From Elusimicrobiota bacterium (GTDB taxonomy: Bacteria > Elusimicrobiota > Elusimicrobia > Elusimicrobiales > UBA9959): 27,024 nucleotides of DNA. Shown piece after piece: positions 24,557 to 27,024 of the stretch. The notes under the pieces were generated by a model. The model was not told the origin of the DNA. It saw only the letters and a program-made list of their open reading frames with translations, and made no database searches. The position numbers and the translations under genes are program-made. The number at the start of each line of letters is the position of its first letter. The stretch's first letter is position 1. The stretch is taken from positions 1 through 27,024 of the forward strand of contig JBAXKK010000029.1 in assembly GCA_037137395.1 (NCBI GenBank), written 5' to 3'.

Positions 24557-26278
24557 ATGTTAAACATAGAAGTTAACGGCAAAGCCGTACAAGCTAATCA
24601 AGGCGAGACTATCCTGCAGGTGCTCACCCGCCAGGGGATCAAGGTCCCCACGCTGTGTCATCTTCCGGGCCTCGCGCCCTCAGGGGCCTGCCGTATGTGC
24701 GTGGTAGAGGTAGAGGGCGCGCCCTCGCTGATACCCTCCTGTTCCTACCCGGCGGCGGACGGCATGAAGATAAAGACCAACACGCCGCAGATCCTTTCGG
24801 CGCGCAAAGCCATCGTAGAGCTGCTGCTTTCAAACCACCCGCAGGATTGTCTTTATTGCATACGCGGGGGGGATTGCGACCTCCAGCGCCTGGCCAAACA
24901 GCACGGGATACGCCACCGCGTTTTCAGCGGCGAGCGGGTCAGGCGTGATAAAGACACCTCAAGCCCCTCCATAGTCCGGGACCCTGAAAAATGCATACTG
25001 TGCGGCAAATGCGTGCGGGTCTGCGAGGAAGTTCAGAATGTCTCGGCCATAGATTTCATCCACCGCGGGAATAAAACCGTGATCGGCACGGCCTACAACC
25101 AGGGGCTCAACGTCTCAAGCTGCATCAACTGCGGCCAGTGCGTGCTGGTCTGTCCCACGGCGGCGCTCTCCGAGAAGAGCCATGTTAACGATGTGCTGAA
25201 AGCCCTGAGCGCCCCGGGAAAATACGTGGTGGTCCAGCACGCTCCGGCGGTCTCGGTTTCCATAGCCGAGGAGTTCAACTACAAGCCCGGCACTGACATT
25301 GACGGCAAAATGACCGCGGCCCTGCGCAAAGTCGGTTTCAAGAAAGTTTTTGACACCTCCTTTACCGCCGACCTGACCATCATGGAGGAGGGTTCGGAAC
25401 TGGTAAAGCGCGCGACCGGCGGCGGAGTGCTGCCAATGTTCACGAGCTGTTCGCCCGGCTGGATAAAGTTCGTCGAGCAGTTCTATCCGGAATTCATACC
25501 GAATCTCTCAACCTGCAAGAGCCCCCAGCAGATGATGGGCGCCCTTATAAAGTCTTTCTTCGCGGAGCGGGAAAAGATAGATCCGGCCAACATAGTCAGC
25601 GTCTCGATAATGCCCTGCACGGCGAAAAAATTCGAATGCGGACGCCCGGAGATGGGGCGCAACTCTCACAGCGACGTGGATTATGTGCTCACGACCCGCG
25701 AGCTCGCGGAACTGCTGCGGATCACGGGAGTAGATCCTTCGGCCCTTGAGCCGGAAACCCCGGACACCCCGTTCGGGGAGCGGTCAAGCGCCGGCAAGAT
25801 GTTCGGCGCTTCAGGCGGAGTTATGGAGGCGGCGGTGCGCAGCGCGTACTTCCTAATCACCGGCGGAGAAATGCCTAAATACACAATACAGGAACTGCGC
25901 GGAATGAAAGGTTCCAAAGAACTGCGGGTTAAAGCCGGAAAGATAGAGCTGGGCGCGGCGGTGGTCTCGGGCCTTGGCGCGGCGCGCAAGCTGATGGAAG
26001 AAATTAAAGCCGGCCGCTCCGACCTTCAGTTCATCGAGGTTATGACCTGCCCCGGCGGATGCATTAACGGCGGAGGACAGCCGCTGCGGGCGGACATAGA
26101 GGCGGTAAAAGCGCGCATGAACACGCTGCACCAGATCGACAAGGACGCTCCGCTCCGCGTAAGCCACAAGAACACGCAGGTCAAGCGCCTGTACGAAGAG
26201 TTTCTGGGCGCCCCGCTCGGCCACAAGAGTCACGAGCTGCTGCACACACATTACAACAAGCGCGACGTCCTAGCCTGA
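24557..26278 (+). CDS. hydA: [FeFe]-hydrogenase catalytic subunit, group A (A3-type multimeric)
   Basis: H-cluster motifs TSCSPGW, MPCTAKKFE and EVMTCPGGCINGGGQP; N-terminal [2Fe-2S], His-ligated [4Fe-4S] and 2x[4Fe-4S]. Confidence 0.95.
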   Translation: MLNIEVNGKAVQANQGETILQVLTRQGIKVPTLCHLPGLAPSGACRMCVVEVEGAPSLIPSCSYPAADGMKIKTNTPQILSARKAIVELLLSNHPQDCLYCIRGGDCDLQRLAKQHGIRHRVFSGERVRRDKDTSSPSIVRDPEKCILCGKCVRVCEEVQNVSAIDFIHRGNKTVIGTAYNQGLNVSSCINCGQCVLVCPTAALSEKSHVNDVLKALSAPGKYVVVQHAPAVSVSIAEEFNYKPGTDIDGKMTAALRKVGFKKVFDTSFTADLTIMEEGSELVKRATGGGVLPMFTSCSPGWIKFVEQFYPEFIPNLSTCKSPQQMMGALIKSFFAEREKIDPANIVSVSIMPCTAKKFECGRPEMGRNSHSDVDYVLTTRELAELLRITGVDPSALEPETPDTPFGERSSAGKMFGASGGVMEAAVRSAYFLITGGEMPKYTIQELRGMKGSKELRVKAGKIELGAAVVSGLGAARKLMEEIKAGRSDLQFIEVMTCPGGCINGGGQPLRADIEAVKARMNTLHQIDKDAPLRVSHKNTQVKRLYEEFLGAPLGHKSHELLHTHYNKRDVLA

Positions 26279-26303
26279 GGCGCGCGAAGCGAGGTTTAAA
26301 CAT

Positions 26304-26696
26304 ATGAGCACCACGAAGAATATTCTTATAGTCGACGACGACATAGACCTGCTGGAACAGACCTCTTTGATGATGAAGGCGGAGGGGTACCGGGTGGCGA
26401 CAGCCCAAAGCCAGGAGCAAGCCGAGGAAACGCTGCTGGAGTTCATACCCGACCTTGCCATCATAGACCTGATGATGGAACATATGGACTCCGGATTCGC
26501 TCTGTGCCATCACATTAAAAAGCTTTATCCGGAAGTTCCGGTGATAATGCTTACGGCAGTGGCCGCGGCGACCGGTATAGATTTTGCCGCGAACCAGGAC
26601 GGATCCTCATCGTGGATGAAGGCCGATGTTCTGCTGGACAAGCCGGCCCGTCCCGAACAGCTCCGGGCTGAAGTGCGCCGCCTTATGCGGGTTTAA
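26304..26696 (+). CDS. Single-domain response regulator (receiver only)
   Basis: GAGG SD; ILIVDDD, IDLMM, MLTAV and LDKP motifs. Confidence 0.9.
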   Translation: MSTTKNILIVDDDIDLLEQTSLMMKAEGYRVATAQSQEQAEETLLEFIPDLAIIDLMMEHMDSGFALCHHIKKLYPEVPVIMLTAVAAATGIDFAANQDGSSSWMKADVLLDKPARPEQLRAEVRRLMRV

Positions 26697-26737
26697 TGAA
26701 GCGATGAAATTTGCGGGTCCGCGGGAGTAATTACACC

Positions 26738-27024
26738 ATGAACGACATCACTCCGCTTGTAACGACAATTACGGAGAAATGCAGGACCTGTTACACCTGC
26801 GTAAGAGGCTGTCCGGCCAAAGCCATCAGGATCTCCAGCGGACAGGCGGAAGTTATCAAAGAACGCTGCATAGGCTGCGCCAATTGCGTGCTTATGTGCA
26901 GCCGGCAGGCCAAGGAAGTGCGTAGCTCCGTGACTGAAGTCCGGGCGCTGCTGGCCTCCGGAGCCGAGACCGCGATATGCCTTGCGCCCAGCTTTCCCGT
27001 GGAGTTTCCCGAGCTGGACCCGCT
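26738..27024 (+). CDS. Group C (putative sensory) [FeFe]-hydrogenase N-terminus, partial; runs off the window
   Basis: Own translation MNDITPLVTTITEKCRTCYTCVRGCPAKAIRISSGQAEVIKERCIGCANCVLMCSRQAK...CLAPSFPVEF gives a 2x[4Fe-4S] domain then the APSF motif typical of HydS/HfsB-like proteins. Confidence 0.75.
   Translation, partial: MNDITPLVTTITEKCRTCYTCVRGCPAKAIRISSGQAEVIKERCIGCANCVLMCSRQAKEVRSSVTEVRALLASGAETAICLAPSFPVEFPELDP

Overview
GC-rich bacterial chromosomal window from a probable anaerobe; the style suggests Elusimicrobiota, but that is inference only. In order it holds: a GNAT acetyltransferase, a Pro-rich membrane protein, a minus-strand GlpA/LhgO-like FAD oxidoreductase + pyridine nucleotide-disulfide oxidoreductase + DUF1667 cluster, a PspC-domain protein, a secreted clan GH-A-like hydrolase, mntP with a ~61-codon in-frame palindromic insertion, phoB-phoR (PhoR has no TM helices), Pho boxes ahead of DUF47-pit, an NhaR-like LysR divergent from a 27-aa hydrophobic micro-ORF + type II P-type ATPase + DUF4405 + YqhA, a secreted trypsin-like protease, and a TIGR03546/TIGR03545 pair. 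It ends with an [FeFe]-hydrogenase locus: receiver, Rex, HydC, HydB fused to a GltD/NfnB-like module, HydA, receiver, and a partial group C sensory hydrogenase. The intergenic DNA is rich in structure: three members of an apparently unannotated covarying stem-loop family (1057-1196, 4492-4587, 7121-7284), a nested REP-like inverted repeat, and 7-, 8- and 16-mer tandem repeats. No rRNA, tRNA, CRISPR array or transposase was seen.
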